Made by a program: the position numbers and the translations under genes. A stretch of 64,000 nucleotides of DNA, taken from the NCBI GenBank assembly GCA_045603405.1, contig JAZUMA010000032.1, positions 102 to 64,101 on the forward strand, written 5' to 3'. This stretch comes from Alphaproteobacteria bacterium. GTDB lineage: Bacteria > Pseudomonadota > Alphaproteobacteria > RF32 > CAG-239. The notes under the pieces are model-generated. The model was not told the DNA's origin and made no database searches. It saw only the letters and a program-made list of their open reading frames with translations. Of this stretch, positions 47,373 through 58,453 are shown piece after piece (the stretch's first letter is position 1; every line of letters begins with the position of its first letter).

Positions 47373-48947
47373 TTAAGCTGTCTGCTGTTGCTTATTCAAC
47401 TTTATATCAGCGGTGTCTTTGAATTTTTTTAGCACCTTTCCGATATAATCAGACATTACCTGTGATAATTCATCTGAAATGACTTTTTTATCCCGAAGTT
47501 CTTTCAAAATACTATTCTTTTCACGTTTAGTACTCGCAAGTAAATAGGATTCGAAGTCTTTTATTTGCGTAATTTCCAAATCATCTAAGAATCCCCTGGA
47601 GCCTGCAAACAAAATAAGTATTTCATCTTCAACAGGTAAAGGATTATAAACCGGTTGTTTGAGCATCTCGGTTAATTTCGCGCCACGGTTAAGCAATTTT
47701 TTTGTAGAAGCATCGAGGTCAGATGAAAACTGAGCAAAGGCAGCCATTTCTCGATATTGAGCCAAATCAAGTTTCATCGTTCCTGCAACCTGTTTCATAG
47801 CCTTAACTTGCGCGGCTGATCCGACACGACTGACAGAAATACCAACATTAACAGCAGGTCTGATACCTTGGTAGAACAAAGAGGTCTCCAAGAAAATTTG
47901 TCCGTCAGTAATTGAAATAACATTTGTCGGAATATAAGCTGAAACATCACCTGCCTGTGTTTCAATAACCGGCAATGCAGTCAATGAACCACCGCCTTTT
48001 TCATCATTCAATTTAGCTGCACGTTCCAACAGTCTTGAGTGTAAATAAAAAACGTCTCCTGGATAAGCTTCGCGCCCTGGTGGACGTCTTAACAATAAAG
48101 ACATTTGTCTGTAGGCCGTAGCTTGTTTAGATAAATCATCATAAAAAATAACAGCATGCATGCCTCGGTCACGGAAATATTCTCCCATAGCACAACCGGA
48201 GTATGGCGCTAAGTATTGTAAAGGAGCAGAATCAGAAGCTGTTGCAGCTACCACAATCGTATAGTCTAAAGCTCCTGCATCTTTTAATGTTTTTACAACC
48301 TGCGCTACAGTAGATCGTTTTTGTCCGATGGCAACATAAATGCAAAACAGTTTGTCTTTATCAGATTTTGCTAAATCATTAATATTTTTCTGATTGATAA
48401 TGGTATCAACAATAATAGACGTTTTTCCTGTTTGTCGATCACCAATAATCAGTTCGCGTTGTCCACGTCCAATAGGAATAAGAGAATCTATGATTTTAAG
48501 ACCGGTCTGTACCGGCTCATGAACACTGCGACGCTCAATAATTCCAGGAGCTTTTATTTCAACATAAGATGATTCTGTTGCATTTATAGGCCCCATACCA
48601 TCAATAGGCATTCCTAAAGCATCAACCACTCGTCCTAGCAGATTCTTTCCGACAGGAACACTGACAATCTTATTTAGTCTTTTAACAGTATCTCCTTCCT
48701 TGATATCTGCATCGGAACCGAAAATAACCACCCCGATACTGTCTTCAGCTAAATTAAGAGCCATTCCTTTTATACCGGAGCTAAATTCAACCATTTCATT
48801 ATATTCAATTCCGTTTAATCCGTAAACAGTCGCAATACCATCACCGACAGAAAGAACCCTCCCAACCTCATTAAGTTCGGCATTAAAGTCATATTTTTCG
48901 ATTTTTTCTTTCAAAAGTGCGGAAATTTCCTCTGCTTTCATTGTCAT
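47373..48947 (-). CDS. atpA: F1 ATP synthase subunit alpha
   Basis: Walker A GDRQTGKT and typical alpha-subunit sequence throughout. Confidence 0.95.
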   Translation of the reverse strand: MTMKAEEISALLKEKIEKYDFNAELNEVGRVLSVGDGIATVYGLNGIEYNEMVEFSSGIKGMALNLAEDSIGVVIFGSDADIKEGDTVKRLNKIVSVPVGKNLLGRVVDALGMPIDGMGPINATESSYVEIKAPGIIERRSVHEPVQTGLKIIDSLIPIGRGQRELIIGDRQTGKTSIIVDTIINQKNINDLAKSDKDKLFCIYVAIGQKRSTVAQVVKTLKDAGALDYTIVVAATASDSAPLQYLAPYSGCAMGEYFRDRGMHAVIFYDDLSKQATAYRQMSLLLRRPPGREAYPGDVFYLHSRLLERAAKLNDEKGGGSLTALPVIETQAGDVSAYIPTNVISITDGQIFLETSLFYQGIRPAVNVGISVSRVGSAAQVKAMKQVAGTMKLDLAQYREMAAFAQFSSDLDASTKKLLNRGAKLTEMLKQPVYNPLPVEDEILILFAGSRGFLDDLEITQIKDFESYLLASTKREKNSILKELRDKKVISDELSQVMSDYIGKVLKKFKDTADIKLNKQQQTA

Positions 48948-48989
48948 ATTTTATAGCCTTTCATTGCAATAAAGTTCACTGTAATCATC

Positions 48990-49550
48990 TTATAATTCCT
49001 CTTTTTTTAACATTAACTGCTTAATTTTATTAAGCTTGTAAGCTAATGTATCATTAATCTGAAAAGATTGAAAACGGATATTTAAGCCACCCAATATCTC
49101 AGGTTTAATACAATAATCAATCACAACAGAAGCTCCCAGCTTTTTTTCTAAAGCATTTAACAAAGAGACGTGTTGTGATTTATTCAAATCTATAGCCGTA
49201 TCAACAGTCACTTCAATGATACCATGATCAGAATAGTATAAATGACAAAATTCCTTCAAAATAGGTTCTAATAAATTAAGTCGTCTGTTTGTTGCAATCA
49301 ATTCAAGTGCTCCACAAGAGACTTTAGATAAAGAAATGTCATTGGCAAAATCTGTTATTAGGCGGACTAAATCTTTGTTATCTTCAGTCGGGGCAGACAA
49401 TATTGACCACTGCATTTCATCGTTTTGGATACTTTTTTGTAACAATCTTACCTCATCCAAAACTATATTTTCACTATTTTGCTCTTTGGCAGCATCAAGC
49501 CATGCACGCGCATATGTCGCAATTGTTTTATTTTTAGAAATTTTTTTCAC
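48990..49550 (-). CDS. atpH: F1 ATP synthase subunit delta (OSCP)
   Basis: First gene of the atpHAGDC cluster, 186 aa, with the YARAWLDAA-type N-terminus. Confidence 0.8.
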   Translation of the reverse strand: MKKISKNKTIATYARAWLDAAKEQNSENIVLDEVRLLQKSIQNDEMQWSILSAPTEDNKDLVRLITDFANDISLSKVSCGALELIATNRRLNLLEPILKEFCHLYYSDHGIIEVTVDTAIDLNKSQHVSLLNALEKKLGASVVIDYCIKPEILGGLNIRFQSFQINDTLAYKLNKIKQLMLKKEEL

Positions 49551-49718
49551 TTCTGTCCCACATTCTCAATTATTGATAGACCGATGTAACATAACAAATA
49601 ACTATAATGTAGAATTACTTATTTTAAATTAAAATTTCCACAAGAAATCAACTTTTTTCACAAGCATTTTTATAAAATAAAAAAAGATAATGTAATTTCA
49701 TGTGCTTAAAGGTAAAAA

Positions 49719-51899
49719 TTACATAAAAGAATAGGGGTTTATATCTACATCAATTCTTACATTATTTCTTATATGTACCATAGAAAGCCACTTTTTCAAA
49801 ACTTCTTGAATATTAACCATTTTAGCCGTTTTTAACAATAGACGATAGCGATATTTGCCTCGCAACAGAGCCATAGGTGCAGGAGCCGGACCAAAAGTTT
49901 CTATAGTTTCTGTATTTGGAGCGCATTTACCCAAATAATAAGCGACAGTTTCTGCTGCCTGTTGATTCGCAGATGAAACAATAACAGCTGCAAGTTTACC
50001 GAAAGGTGGCATCTTAAGTAATCGTCTGGAATTTTTTTCTATTTCTATAAATTTTGCACGATTATGCTCAATAACTGCTTGTAAGACTAAATTGTCAGGA
50101 TATAACGTTTGCAAGTAAACAACACCTTTTTTATCTCCGCGACCTGCACGTCCGGAAACTTGCGATAATAATTGAAAAGTTTGTTCACTTGCACGTAAAT
50201 CTGTTCCCATTAGTCCGAGATCAGCATCAACCACTCCAACCAGCGTCAAATCCGGAAAGTTATGCCCTTTGGCAAGAATTTGTGTGCCGATAAGTATATC
50301 TATTTCTTTACGAGCTATTTTTTGAATAACGGCAGAAATTGCATGATAATTAGTGGTAATATCAGAGGAAAGAATAGCTGTACGCGCATGAGGGAAACGA
50401 TATTTTACTTCTTCTGCAATACGTTCAACACCTGGACCGCATGCTGTTAATCCATCTGCAGAAGAACAGTGAGGACAATATTTGGGAGTAGGCATTCTAT
50501 AACCGCAATGATGACATATAAGTTCACCGCTAACTCTATGTTCTGCAAGCCAAGCTGTACAATGCGGGCATTGCATACGATGTCCGCATTCTCTACAGAT
50601 TAATAATGGAGCATATCCTCGCCGATTTAAAAAAAGCATAGACTGTTCTTGACGCTCTAAATTATGGTTAATTTCATTGACCAAAGTAGGTGACAAAAAA
50701 GAAATTCCCCATTCACCTTTAATAGGTTTATCTTTCTTTAAATCAATGATTTTTATGTCTGGCAAAACAGCTTTAGCGTAGCGCTTTTTTAATTTTACAC
50801 AATCATATTTACCTTCTTCAACATTGACAATGGTCTCTAAATCAGGTGTGGCAGTTGAAAGAATAGCTGGAATCTTTTCTAAATGTGCTCGCAAAACAGC
50901 CATATCTCTTCCTTGGTAAGTTACAAGGCTTTCTTGTTTAAATGAGTGATCATGGCTCTCATCGACTACAATCAAGCCAAGTTTGGCAAAAGGTAAGAAC
51001 AAGGCAGAGCGAGCCCCGATAACAACTTTAGCTTTATTTTGTGCGACGGCTTTCCATATCAGAGCTTTGTCTTTAATACTCACCTCGGAATGCCATATAA
51101 AAGGAGCTGTTCCAAAGCGATTCGTAAAACGATTTAGCCACTGTGTCGTCAAAGAAATTTCCGGCACTAAAACCAACACTTGTTTGTTTTTTGCTAAAAC
51201 ATCTGCAATGGCCTCAAAGTAAACTTCGGTTTTTCCTGAACCTGTTACGCCATCTAATAATGTTGTAGAATAGCCGATATCAATATGTTTAATTAAATAA
51301 TTTGCAGCATTTTGTTGTTCATCAGTGAGCTTAGCTTGCTTATGCAAATTAATAAACTGTTCATCACAATTTTCGTTAATTATAATTTCTTTTTTATATA
51401 AAAAACCACTCTTTACCAAGGTATTAATAACATTTTGAGAAACATTTGTCTGGTCAATGATTTCTTCCTTTTCAGCTTCCTTTCCGCCACTTAAAAAATC
51501 AAATACGGCACGGCGTGCTTCTGTAATGCGAATTCCCTCTAGATTTCCATCTTCAATATTTAATCCGTAAACAGAAATTTTTTGTTTAGGAAGTTGATTT
51601 GTTTTTGGGCCGAGAACCATTTTCAAAACCAAACCCAATGGCGAAAAATTATATAAAGCTACTTTTTTTATAAAAGCAATCATACTTTGTTTAAGAGGAG
51701 GTAAACCAATAATTTGTTTAATTTTTTTTATTTTTTTTTCTTCAATTTCGGCGCTTTTTCCTTTTTTCCAAATAACACCTACAAGTTCTTTTCGTCCGAA
51801 AGGTACAATAACTAATTGCCCTATAGATAACTCTGTATCCGAATGATAATCAAAAACATCGTTAAAAGGAAGAGGTAGAAGAATGCCGTATATTAACAT
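49719..51899 (-). CDS. priA: Primosomal protein N' (replication restart helicase PriA)
   Basis: Walker A GVTGSGKT, VVDESHD, and zinc-binding CxxC clusters (CRECGHRMQCPHC...CHHCG...CPHC). Confidence 0.95.
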   Translation of the reverse strand: MLIYGILLPLPFNDVFDYHSDTELSIGQLVIVPFGRKELVGVIWKKGKSAEIEEKKIKKIKQIIGLPPLKQSMIAFIKKVALYNFSPLGLVLKMVLGPKTNQLPKQKISVYGLNIEDGNLEGIRITEARRAVFDFLSGGKEAEKEEIIDQTNVSQNVINTLVKSGFLYKKEIIINENCDEQFINLHKQAKLTDEQQNAANYLIKHIDIGYSTTLLDGVTGSGKTEVYFEAIADVLAKNKQVLVLVPEISLTTQWLNRFTNRFGTAPFIWHSEVSIKDKALIWKAVAQNKAKVVIGARSALFLPFAKLGLIVVDESHDHSFKQESLVTYQGRDMAVLRAHLEKIPAILSTATPDLETIVNVEEGKYDCVKLKKRYAKAVLPDIKIIDLKKDKPIKGEWGISFLSPTLVNEINHNLERQEQSMLFLNRRGYAPLLICRECGHRMQCPHCTAWLAEHRVSGELICHHCGYRMPTPKYCPHCSSADGLTACGPGVERIAEEVKYRFPHARTAILSSDITTNYHAISAVIQKIARKEIDILIGTQILAKGHNFPDLTLVGVVDADLGLMGTDLRASEQTFQLLSQVSGRAGRGDKKGVVYLQTLYPDNLVLQAVIEHNRAKFIEIEKNSRRLLKMPPFGKLAAVIVSSANQQAAETVAYYLGKCAPNTETIETFGPAPAPMALLRGKYRYRLLLKTAKMVNIQEVLKKWLSMVHIRNNVRIDVDINPYSFM

Positions 51900-51905
51900 T
51901 AAGCC

Positions 51906-52511
51906 CTATTCTCCGATAATGAGTGTATTTTCTCTTCTGATTACAGGAACATGACTTTCGCTCAAATAGCTTAAAAGATAATAGAGAGGGGCAAAAGTAG
52001 AAGGATTTTCAGAAATTTCATGACCGGATATAATCAAATCCATTTGTTCCAATTTATTAGTGTTAAGTGGTGCTTTTGATGTAGCGGTTATATGAATACC
52101 ATGTTCCTTTTGCTCAACTTTAATATTACCTCCTTTTACAATCGTATCAGACATCATCATAACCGCAGACATTACAATTTTATATGCTTGTGAAGAAGAA
52201 ATTTGAAGATCAAGTGATATCGGAAGATGAGGATTACCTAAAGTTAACAAATAATCCTGTATTATTTTTTGCAAATCATTAATATCTTTAGGGGCAGAAT
52301 TAGATAAACCGAAACATAGACGAAAAAATTTTAATCTGCAACTTAGAACTCTAGAGCTGAAATTAAGAATATCATAGATTTCAGCTTTATCATCATCGTC
52401 GCTTTCATTAAGCAATTCAACCGCATTGGCAACAGCTCCGATATTCCCGATTAAATCGTGAGATAATCTCGTCGCAATAACTTCACTGATATAAATATTT
52501 TTCATTTTCAA
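51906..52511 (-). CDS. chpT: ChpT-type histidine phosphotransferase
   Basis: IATRLSHDLIGNIGAVANAVELL matches the HPTransfase (ChpT) phospho-His helix. ~200 aa with a degenerate HK-like C-terminal domain. Confidence 0.7.
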   Translation of the reverse strand: MKMKNIYISEVIATRLSHDLIGNIGAVANAVELLNESDDDDKAEIYDILNFSSRVLSCRLKFFRLCFGLSNSAPKDINDLQKIIQDYLLTLGNPHLPISLDLQISSSQAYKIVMSAVMMMSDTIVKGGNIKVEQKEHGIHITATSKAPLNTNKLEQMDLIISGHEISENPSTFAPLYYLLSYLSESHVPVIRRENTLIIGE

Positions 52512-52523
52512 TTCCTTTTAATG

Positions 52524-53453
52524 TTAAAAAGTATAATAAGGTGTGTTCGCTAATCTGGAATCCTCATTAAGCATTCGCGACACATCTAAATCTTGCAATA
52601 AAGGGTCAACCAATTCTAAATGTCCGGTGGTTGCTTTCAAAAAAGGTTTTTTTCCGCCTAAACCCCATTTAATTTCAGATATATTATCAGGTTGACCGTA
52701 GCGTAAATCAATACGTCGCCAGAAATCATAGATTTTAATATTATTTATATAAATATTTTGCGAGGCCTTACTGTTAGAGAAAGGAATGTGGCTGCTATAA
52801 GAGATGTAATGTGATAAATTATCTGTAAAAGTAGATGTATAACGAACTTCAATATTTTCACGAGTCGCTTGTCTGTTATAGATCTCTTTTGCAATATAAT
52901 TAAAACCGTTGGTTTTAGCTACTTCCTTAGAGCAAGCAGCCAATCTTTCATAACCGATAACACCATGGAGACGGCACAGTTCTTCGCTCCTCCACTTAAT
53001 AAAATTAGGGATACGTTCCTCTTGAACTAACCGATGATAACCATTTGCTAACATAATTTTTTCCACCTCTTCTGGAGACATCCGAAGTCTGATACCTGAA
53101 ATATCAAAATGAGCTACATTAGAGCGTTTTTTTTGCAAAACTTTGGCAATTCTTTTCTTCTCGGCTTGTTGAGTTTTTTTATCCTGAGATTTAAATAGAT
53201 CGCCGGTACCTCTTGAAATAAGACTCTCCAGCCACGTTTCTCTTTTTTGAGAATCATTTTTTTTATTAGTTGAGGATTTATCAGCATCCTTTTCTTGTAA
53301 AAGATTATCTGTAAATGATTTTTTTATATCAATGGTATGTGACGATGACGAAGAAGAATTTTGTGCCAAAACAGGAAAAGATAGCAGAAAAAGACTGTAC
53401 CCCAAGCTTAAAATATATGTTAAGTATCTGTTTATATGCATATCAATATCCAA
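52524..53453 (-). CDS. Hypothetical secreted protein (309 aa)
   Basis: Signal-like N-terminus followed by a Ser run. No family recognised. Confidence 0.5.
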   Translation of the reverse strand: MDIDMHINRYLTYILSLGYSLFLLSFPVLAQNSSSSSSHTIDIKKSFTDNLLQEKDADKSSTNKKNDSQKRETWLESLISRGTGDLFKSQDKKTQQAEKKRIAKVLQKKRSNVAHFDISGIRLRMSPEEVEKIMLANGYHRLVQEERIPNFIKWRSEELCRLHGVIGYERLAACSKEVAKTNGFNYIAKEIYNRQATRENIEVRYTSTFTDNLSHYISYSSHIPFSNSKASQNIYINNIKIYDFWRRIDLRYGQPDNISEIKWGLGGKKPFLKATTGHLELVDPLLQDLDVSRMLNEDSRLANTPYYTF

Positions 53454-53559
53454 CTTTCGCGCCCATTATAATGTTATTTTTTTAAAAATCATCTAATTTT
53501 TAATATTTACAAACCGAAGAACTGCAATTATAACAAAAAAATAAAATAAGGAGCATGGT

Positions 53560-54912
53560 ATGGCAGAAAAAGTAAATATAATCGGTGGCGGTTTAGCAGG
53601 AACAGAGGCAGCATGGCAGTTGGCTGAACGTGGTGTAAAAGTTAGCTTATATGATATGAAACCCCAAAAATATTCTTCTGCACACAAAAAAGAAAGTTTG
53701 GCTGAACTTGTTTGTTCTAATTCGTTACGCTCGGATGACTGTGTTAATAATGCAGTAGGCTTACTCCATCAAGAAATGCGTTTGGCAAAATCACTGATAA
53801 TGGAAAGCGCAGACAAAAACAGAGTGCCGGCAGGAGGAGCTTTGGCTGTAGATAGAGAAGGTTTTTCGGAATATATTACACAAAAAATAAAACAACATCC
53901 CAACATAGATATAATCACTAAAGAATTTACTGAAATTCCATCTCCGGAGTTTGGTTTGACAATTATTGCAACCGGTCCGTTAACTTCAGAAAGTTTAGCT
54001 AACAGCATAAGTCAGATAATTGGCAATGAAAAATTGTCTTTTTATGATGCAATTGCACCGGTAATTTATAAAGAAAGCATTGATTTTAATAAAGCATGGT
54101 ATCAATCAAGATATGATAAAGGCGATAAATACGATTACATTAACTGTCCTTTGGAAAAAGAAGAATATGAAAACTTTGTCGATGAATTGTTAAAAGGCGA
54201 AAAAATGCCTTTTCATGATTTTGAAAAGCCAACATATTTTGATGGATGTTTACCGATTGAAGTTATGGCAGAAAGAGGGAGAGATACACTGATGTACGGA
54301 CCGATGAAGCCCGTAGGGTTAACTAATCCGCATACTAAAAAACGACCTTATGCCGTCGTTCAATTAAGACAAGATAATAAAGAAGATACTTTGCGGAATA
54401 TTGTAGGGTTTCAAACTAAACTAAAACATACAGAACAAATAAGGATATTTAAAAAAATTCCCGGACTGGAAAATGCAGTTTTTGCGCGTTTGGGCGGTAT
54501 TCATAAAAATACTTTTATTAAATCACCATTGCTTCTCGATTCGTTCTTGCGCTTAAAAAAATTACCACATATAATATTTGCCGGCCAAATTACCGGTTGT
54601 GAAGGTTATGTAGAAAGTGCTTCAATTGGCTGGCTAGCTGGTTATTTTGCATCAGAGCTTGTTAATAAAAAGCAACCAATTTTACCGCCGAGAGAATGTG
54701 CTTTTGGTGCACAGTTGGCGCATCTGACTGATATAACAAATATTGAACAATATCAACCGATGAATATCAATTTTGGAATGTTTCCTGAATTAAAAGATGT
54801 TACAACAATAAACGGTAAGAAAAAGCATTTGAAGGGGGATGAAAGAAAGGCAGCATTAAGTTCAAGAGCCATTAAAATGGTTCAGAAATGGCTGGAAGAA
54901 ATAAAGGATTAA
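53560..54912 (+). CDS. trmFO: Methylenetetrahydrofolate--tRNA-(uracil54-C5)-methyltransferase TrmFO
   Basis: The VNIIGGGLAGTEAAWQLA FAD motif and the GQITGCEGYVESAS motif. Confidence 0.95.
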   Translation: MAEKVNIIGGGLAGTEAAWQLAERGVKVSLYDMKPQKYSSAHKKESLAELVCSNSLRSDDCVNNAVGLLHQEMRLAKSLIMESADKNRVPAGGALAVDREGFSEYITQKIKQHPNIDIITKEFTEIPSPEFGLTIIATGPLTSESLANSISQIIGNEKLSFYDAIAPVIYKESIDFNKAWYQSRYDKGDKYDYINCPLEKEEYENFVDELLKGEKMPFHDFEKPTYFDGCLPIEVMAERGRDTLMYGPMKPVGLTNPHTKKRPYAVVQLRQDNKEDTLRNIVGFQTKLKHTEQIRIFKKIPGLENAVFARLGGIHKNTFIKSPLLLDSFLRLKKLPHIIFAGQITGCEGYVESASIGWLAGYFASELVNKKQPILPPRECAFGAQLAHLTDITNIEQYQPMNINFGMFPELKDVTTINGKKKHLKGDERKAALSSRAIKMVQKWLEEIKD

Positions 54913-55016
54913 ATATATTGTCATCTTTATTTTATTTTGTTAATATATTTTTAGATGATTTATGTTAACACATATAAAGGGACATTTTCCCTAATTAATT
55001 GCAGGTAGGAAAATTT

Positions 55017-55862
55017 ATGAGTTCAATAGGTCGTTTAATAAGAAAAAATCATGCAGCCGTTTTTTGGTGTACCAGACATTATCCTAAAGCAAAACGTGAA
55101 GCCGTCTATACGCTTTATGCGTTGTTTAAACATTTTGATGACCTTAGTTCAAGCAATAAATCAGAAAAAGAAAAAGCTGAAATTTTCGAAGCGTGGAAAC
55201 GTGAAATTGTTAATATTCATGAAAAAAGAGTTCCTTCAACGGACATTGGACGCAAGATCTATAAGAATTGTATGCGATTCAAATTGGAGAAAGAATATTT
55301 TGAAGAAGTATTAAACGGTTTTTCTATGGACTGTCCTAAAGCTTTATTTTGTCCTACTGTTGAAGATTTCGATAAATATTGTCATGGCGTGGCAGAAGTA
55401 CCTTGCTATCTGATTTTAAAAATTATTGCTGAATTTTCGGAAAAAATAAAAAAAGATTTGAGTCACGATATTGGCAGAGCTGTCGAAATAACCCAAATTT
55501 TAAAAAATATAAAAGAAGATATTTTAGGCGGGCATGTATATATTCCGCAGGAAATATTAGCAAAAGCAGAAATAGAAGAAGGATTATCTCCTAAAGATAT
55601 TTTAATACACAAAAATTTATATATAGCTCGTTCGCAAATGGCAGATCTTGCGCGGCAGTCATTTGCCCAAGCCTATCATTTACTGGAAGAAAATCATAAT
55701 AAAAACTCAAAGCCTATCGTTTATATGCTCAATTTATATCATGCTTATTTTGAACAAATGGATAAACGTGGTTGGGAAATTATTTCTCCCAAGCCGGAAT
55801 TAAAATTTAAAGATAGGTGTCTTTTAGTTTACCGGGCTCTATTTAAACCGATTGCCGGGTAA
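55017..55862 (+). CDS. Squalene/phytoene synthase-family protein with degenerate Asp-rich motifs (NDUFAF6-like)
   Basis: REAVYTLYALFKHFDDLSS and ITQILKNIKEDILGGHVYIPQE correspond to the two SQS/PSY motifs, but neither retains a full DxxxD. ATG 55017 is preferred over the TTG at 54999. Confidence 0.65.
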   Translation: MSSIGRLIRKNHAAVFWCTRHYPKAKREAVYTLYALFKHFDDLSSSNKSEKEKAEIFEAWKREIVNIHEKRVPSTDIGRKIYKNCMRFKLEKEYFEEVLNGFSMDCPKALFCPTVEDFDKYCHGVAEVPCYLILKIIAEFSEKIKKDLSHDIGRAVEITQILKNIKEDILGGHVYIPQEILAKAEIEEGLSPKDILIHKNLYIARSQMADLARQSFAQAYHLLEENHNKNSKPIVYMLNLYHAYFEQMDKRGWEIISPKPELKFKDRCLLVYRALFKPIAG

Positions 55863-55951
55863 AATCATTTAATCGTTGATAAGTACATAAAATCTTTTGC
55901 TAAACTGTATAAAACAGCTAAATTTATCATGTGTGTAACTATAAATAGGAC

Positions 55952-56848
55952 ATGATGATGAAAAAAATGATAAAATCTTTAGTTGTTTGTTCAGCTTTAT
56001 TATTACCTTTTGCAGCCGTTGCAGAAGAAACGACCACTAACGAAGTAGTTGATGAAGCTATTACAAAGGCAAGTTCTTTAACAGCCAATATCAAAAGAGT
56101 AGCTTTAGAGTATCTAGAGCATAGTGTGAGTAACCGCAATGATCCGAATTATCCGGATACATATAATGCTTCCGAAGAACGCACCATCGGGGGTGTTTTC
56201 GATGGTAATTTAACTTATGAAACAAATCAAATGGTTTGGATAAACGGTTTATTTATGAATTACAGTAAGAGTAAAACCAAAGAAGATGATATTACTACAG
56301 AAAATGAGAAGAACGATGAAATATTGCTCTTTACGGATTATACCCATAAAGTCTGGCAGTTAGAACATGGAATTATTGGTCCGTTTGCTTATTTAGGTTA
56401 TGAAACGGAGTTTACAGATTTTGAGTTAAATGATGAAAACTATCGTACCTCAATCATTCGTGGTAAAGCCGGTTTAAAGCTCTATGATGGAAAATATTTC
56501 AAACAATTATATATCGCTGTTGTTGAAGAAGACGATATGACATATAATGATGATAATATGAAGACCGGTGGTGAAATTGGTTATGAGTTTAATTATCCTA
56601 TAAATGAAACAACTGCGTTTATTTCTGAAGGCTTTTATCGTCATTTCTTTGAATATTCAAAAAGAAATCCGACTGATTTCAAATACAAGTTAGAATTAAA
56701 CAACCGAATTGAAACAAAACTGACCGGTGACCTATACTTAGCTCCGTTTTACAATTATGAATTGGCAGAAACCAGAGGTGCTCGTCGTTCAAGAGCACAA
56801 AGTACCTTTGGCTTATCTTTAACTTATAATAAAAGTTTTGATTTATAA
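55952..56848 (+). CDS. Putative outer-membrane beta-barrel protein
   Basis: Signal peptide ending AVA-EE, alternating aromatic/hydrophilic strands, and a C-terminal ...GLSLTYNKSFDL. Confidence 0.5.
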   Translation: MMMKKMIKSLVVCSALLLPFAAVAEETTTNEVVDEAITKASSLTANIKRVALEYLEHSVSNRNDPNYPDTYNASEERTIGGVFDGNLTYETNQMVWINGLFMNYSKSKTKEDDITTENEKNDEILLFTDYTHKVWQLEHGIIGPFAYLGYETEFTDFELNDENYRTSIIRGKAGLKLYDGKYFKQLYIAVVEEDDMTYNDDNMKTGGEIGYEFNYPINETTAFISEGFYRHFFEYSKRNPTDFKYKLELNNRIETKLTGDLYLAPFYNYELAETRGARRSRAQSTFGLSLTYNKSFDL

Positions 56849-56870
56849 TTGAGACAAAGGGAAACCGAAC

Positions 56871-58448
56871 ATGAAATATTTAGAGATGGAAAAGAAAGCA
56901 AAGAATTGGTTTAAGAAGCTGAATCCGGCTTATAAAAAATCATTTTGGATAACTTTTGTATTTATCAATCTTATTTTTTTATTTCATACTATAAATTTCA
57001 TGTTCGGTGATCATGATTGGAATTATGTTCGTTCCGCAAATTACTGGAATGAAGGTGCTTTTGAAGGTAGACCTTTGCATTTTTTATTACAGTCGTTATT
57101 TTTTGGCGGGCAGGTCTTACCTATATTAAATAATTTGCTCTCTTTTGCTGCTTTGAGTTTAAGTGGAATATTACTTGCAAAATATTGGAGAGTACCTTTA
57201 ACAGTTTTAAATTATACATTGGTCGCCACTTTTACTGCTGCTCTGCCTTTAACAATGGTTTGGCTTTTTTATGCAAAGGATTGTTTAATTAATTTAAGTC
57301 TTCCGCTCATTGCTATTGGAGGATTATTATTAGCAGAGAAACCATGGAATGATAAAAAATACTTAGAACATATATTAGCTGTTATCTTATTTTATTTTGC
57401 TTTTTCCTCTTATGTTGCGGTTATAAATCTGATAGCCGTTTGTTTGTTGGGGCGTGTACTGATCGAATATGCAACAGGAGAAAAACTAACCAAAATTATA
57501 AAAGAAAAGAGTATCGTTATTGCAGATGTTATCATTGCTCTTGTCTTTTTCAAACTGACTCTGAGATTCTCAAATCTGTCTTCTGCCTATAATACAGATA
57601 CAATATCATTAGATATGCTGCCGCAAAAAATTGCTGAGACAATACCTGTTATGTTTACGCAGTTTGTGATTCCGATTCCTTTTATGGAATATAAATATAA
57701 AATTTTATTATTGGTATTATGTCTATTTGGTTTAGGTACTTTACTGTGTAATATAAATATAAAGCGTCTTCCTATCGTCATCATATTGATTTTAGGAGTG
57801 CTGTTTGCTTCTAAATTAGCGTTTTTTATTGCTGATGAACGCGGAAAAATTTTAGCAGAAATGGAAAATTTTGCTTTTGTTCCGAGATTGGATTTTTACG
57901 GTTTATCGTATGTTTATGCCTTGGGTTTGGCCTTAATACTGCTGATGAGTAAAGGAAATTGGTATAAAATCGGAGCAGGTATTGCTATTATTCTGACCTT
58001 TATGTCTGGTGTGCGTGATATGTATGCACAAAAAGTATGGAAACTGGGTTTTGATGCAGAGATGAAAGCGCACGAACGTATTGTCAGCAGATTAGAGCAA
58101 ATGCCTGATTTTCATGTGGATAAAAAATATAAAATATTACAGTTAGGAAGTTTATCATTAAGACAAAACTATTATCGTGAACAGGTAGGAGAGCAAACAA
58201 GTTTAGATTTGCTGAGCACCTCGTTTACGCCGCAATTTATGTCCCGCATTGTTTATAATTTCTATTATCCTCAAGATATTTTCTATAATAACGCCGGTAC
58301 AAAAGAATTGTCAGCTAAAGGGAAGGAATATATACAACATCAAGCCAAACCATGGCCATCACAAGATTCCATCTTTATCGATGGGGACATAATCATTATT
58401 GTTTTAACAGAAGAGGACTTGGCTAAAGCAAAAGATAGTATTCATTAA
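56871..58448 (+). CDS. Polytopic membrane protein, GtrII-like glucosyltransferase family candidate (paralog B)
   Basis: 525 aa, paralogous to 20762-22240. FMFGDHDWNY...FEGRPLHFLLQSLFFGGQVLPILNNLLSFA matches FFWGNHDWDW...FEGRFAKFILNKVLFGGQVLPIFNNIIAFA. Confidence 0.6.
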   Translation: MKYLEMEKKAKNWFKKLNPAYKKSFWITFVFINLIFLFHTINFMFGDHDWNYVRSANYWNEGAFEGRPLHFLLQSLFFGGQVLPILNNLLSFAALSLSGILLAKYWRVPLTVLNYTLVATFTAALPLTMVWLFYAKDCLINLSLPLIAIGGLLLAEKPWNDKKYLEHILAVILFYFAFSSYVAVINLIAVCLLGRVLIEYATGEKLTKIIKEKSIVIADVIIALVFFKLTLRFSNLSSAYNTDTISLDMLPQKIAETIPVMFTQFVIPIPFMEYKYKILLLVLCLFGLGTLLCNINIKRLPIVIILILGVLFASKLAFFIADERGKILAEMENFAFVPRLDFYGLSYVYALGLALILLMSKGNWYKIGAGIAIILTFMSGVRDMYAQKVWKLGFDAEMKAHERIVSRLEQMPDFHVDKKYKILQLGSLSLRQNYYREQVGEQTSLDLLSTSFTPQFMSRIVYNFYYPQDIFYNNAGTKELSAKGKEYIQHQAKPWPSQDSIFIDGDIIIIVLTEEDLAKAKDSIH

Positions 58449-58453
58449 ATTAT

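Noticed and set aside
53493-53687. 64-aa minus-strand ORF overlapping the trmFO start
   Set aside because: It is antisense to the conserved FAD-binding N-terminus of TrmFO.
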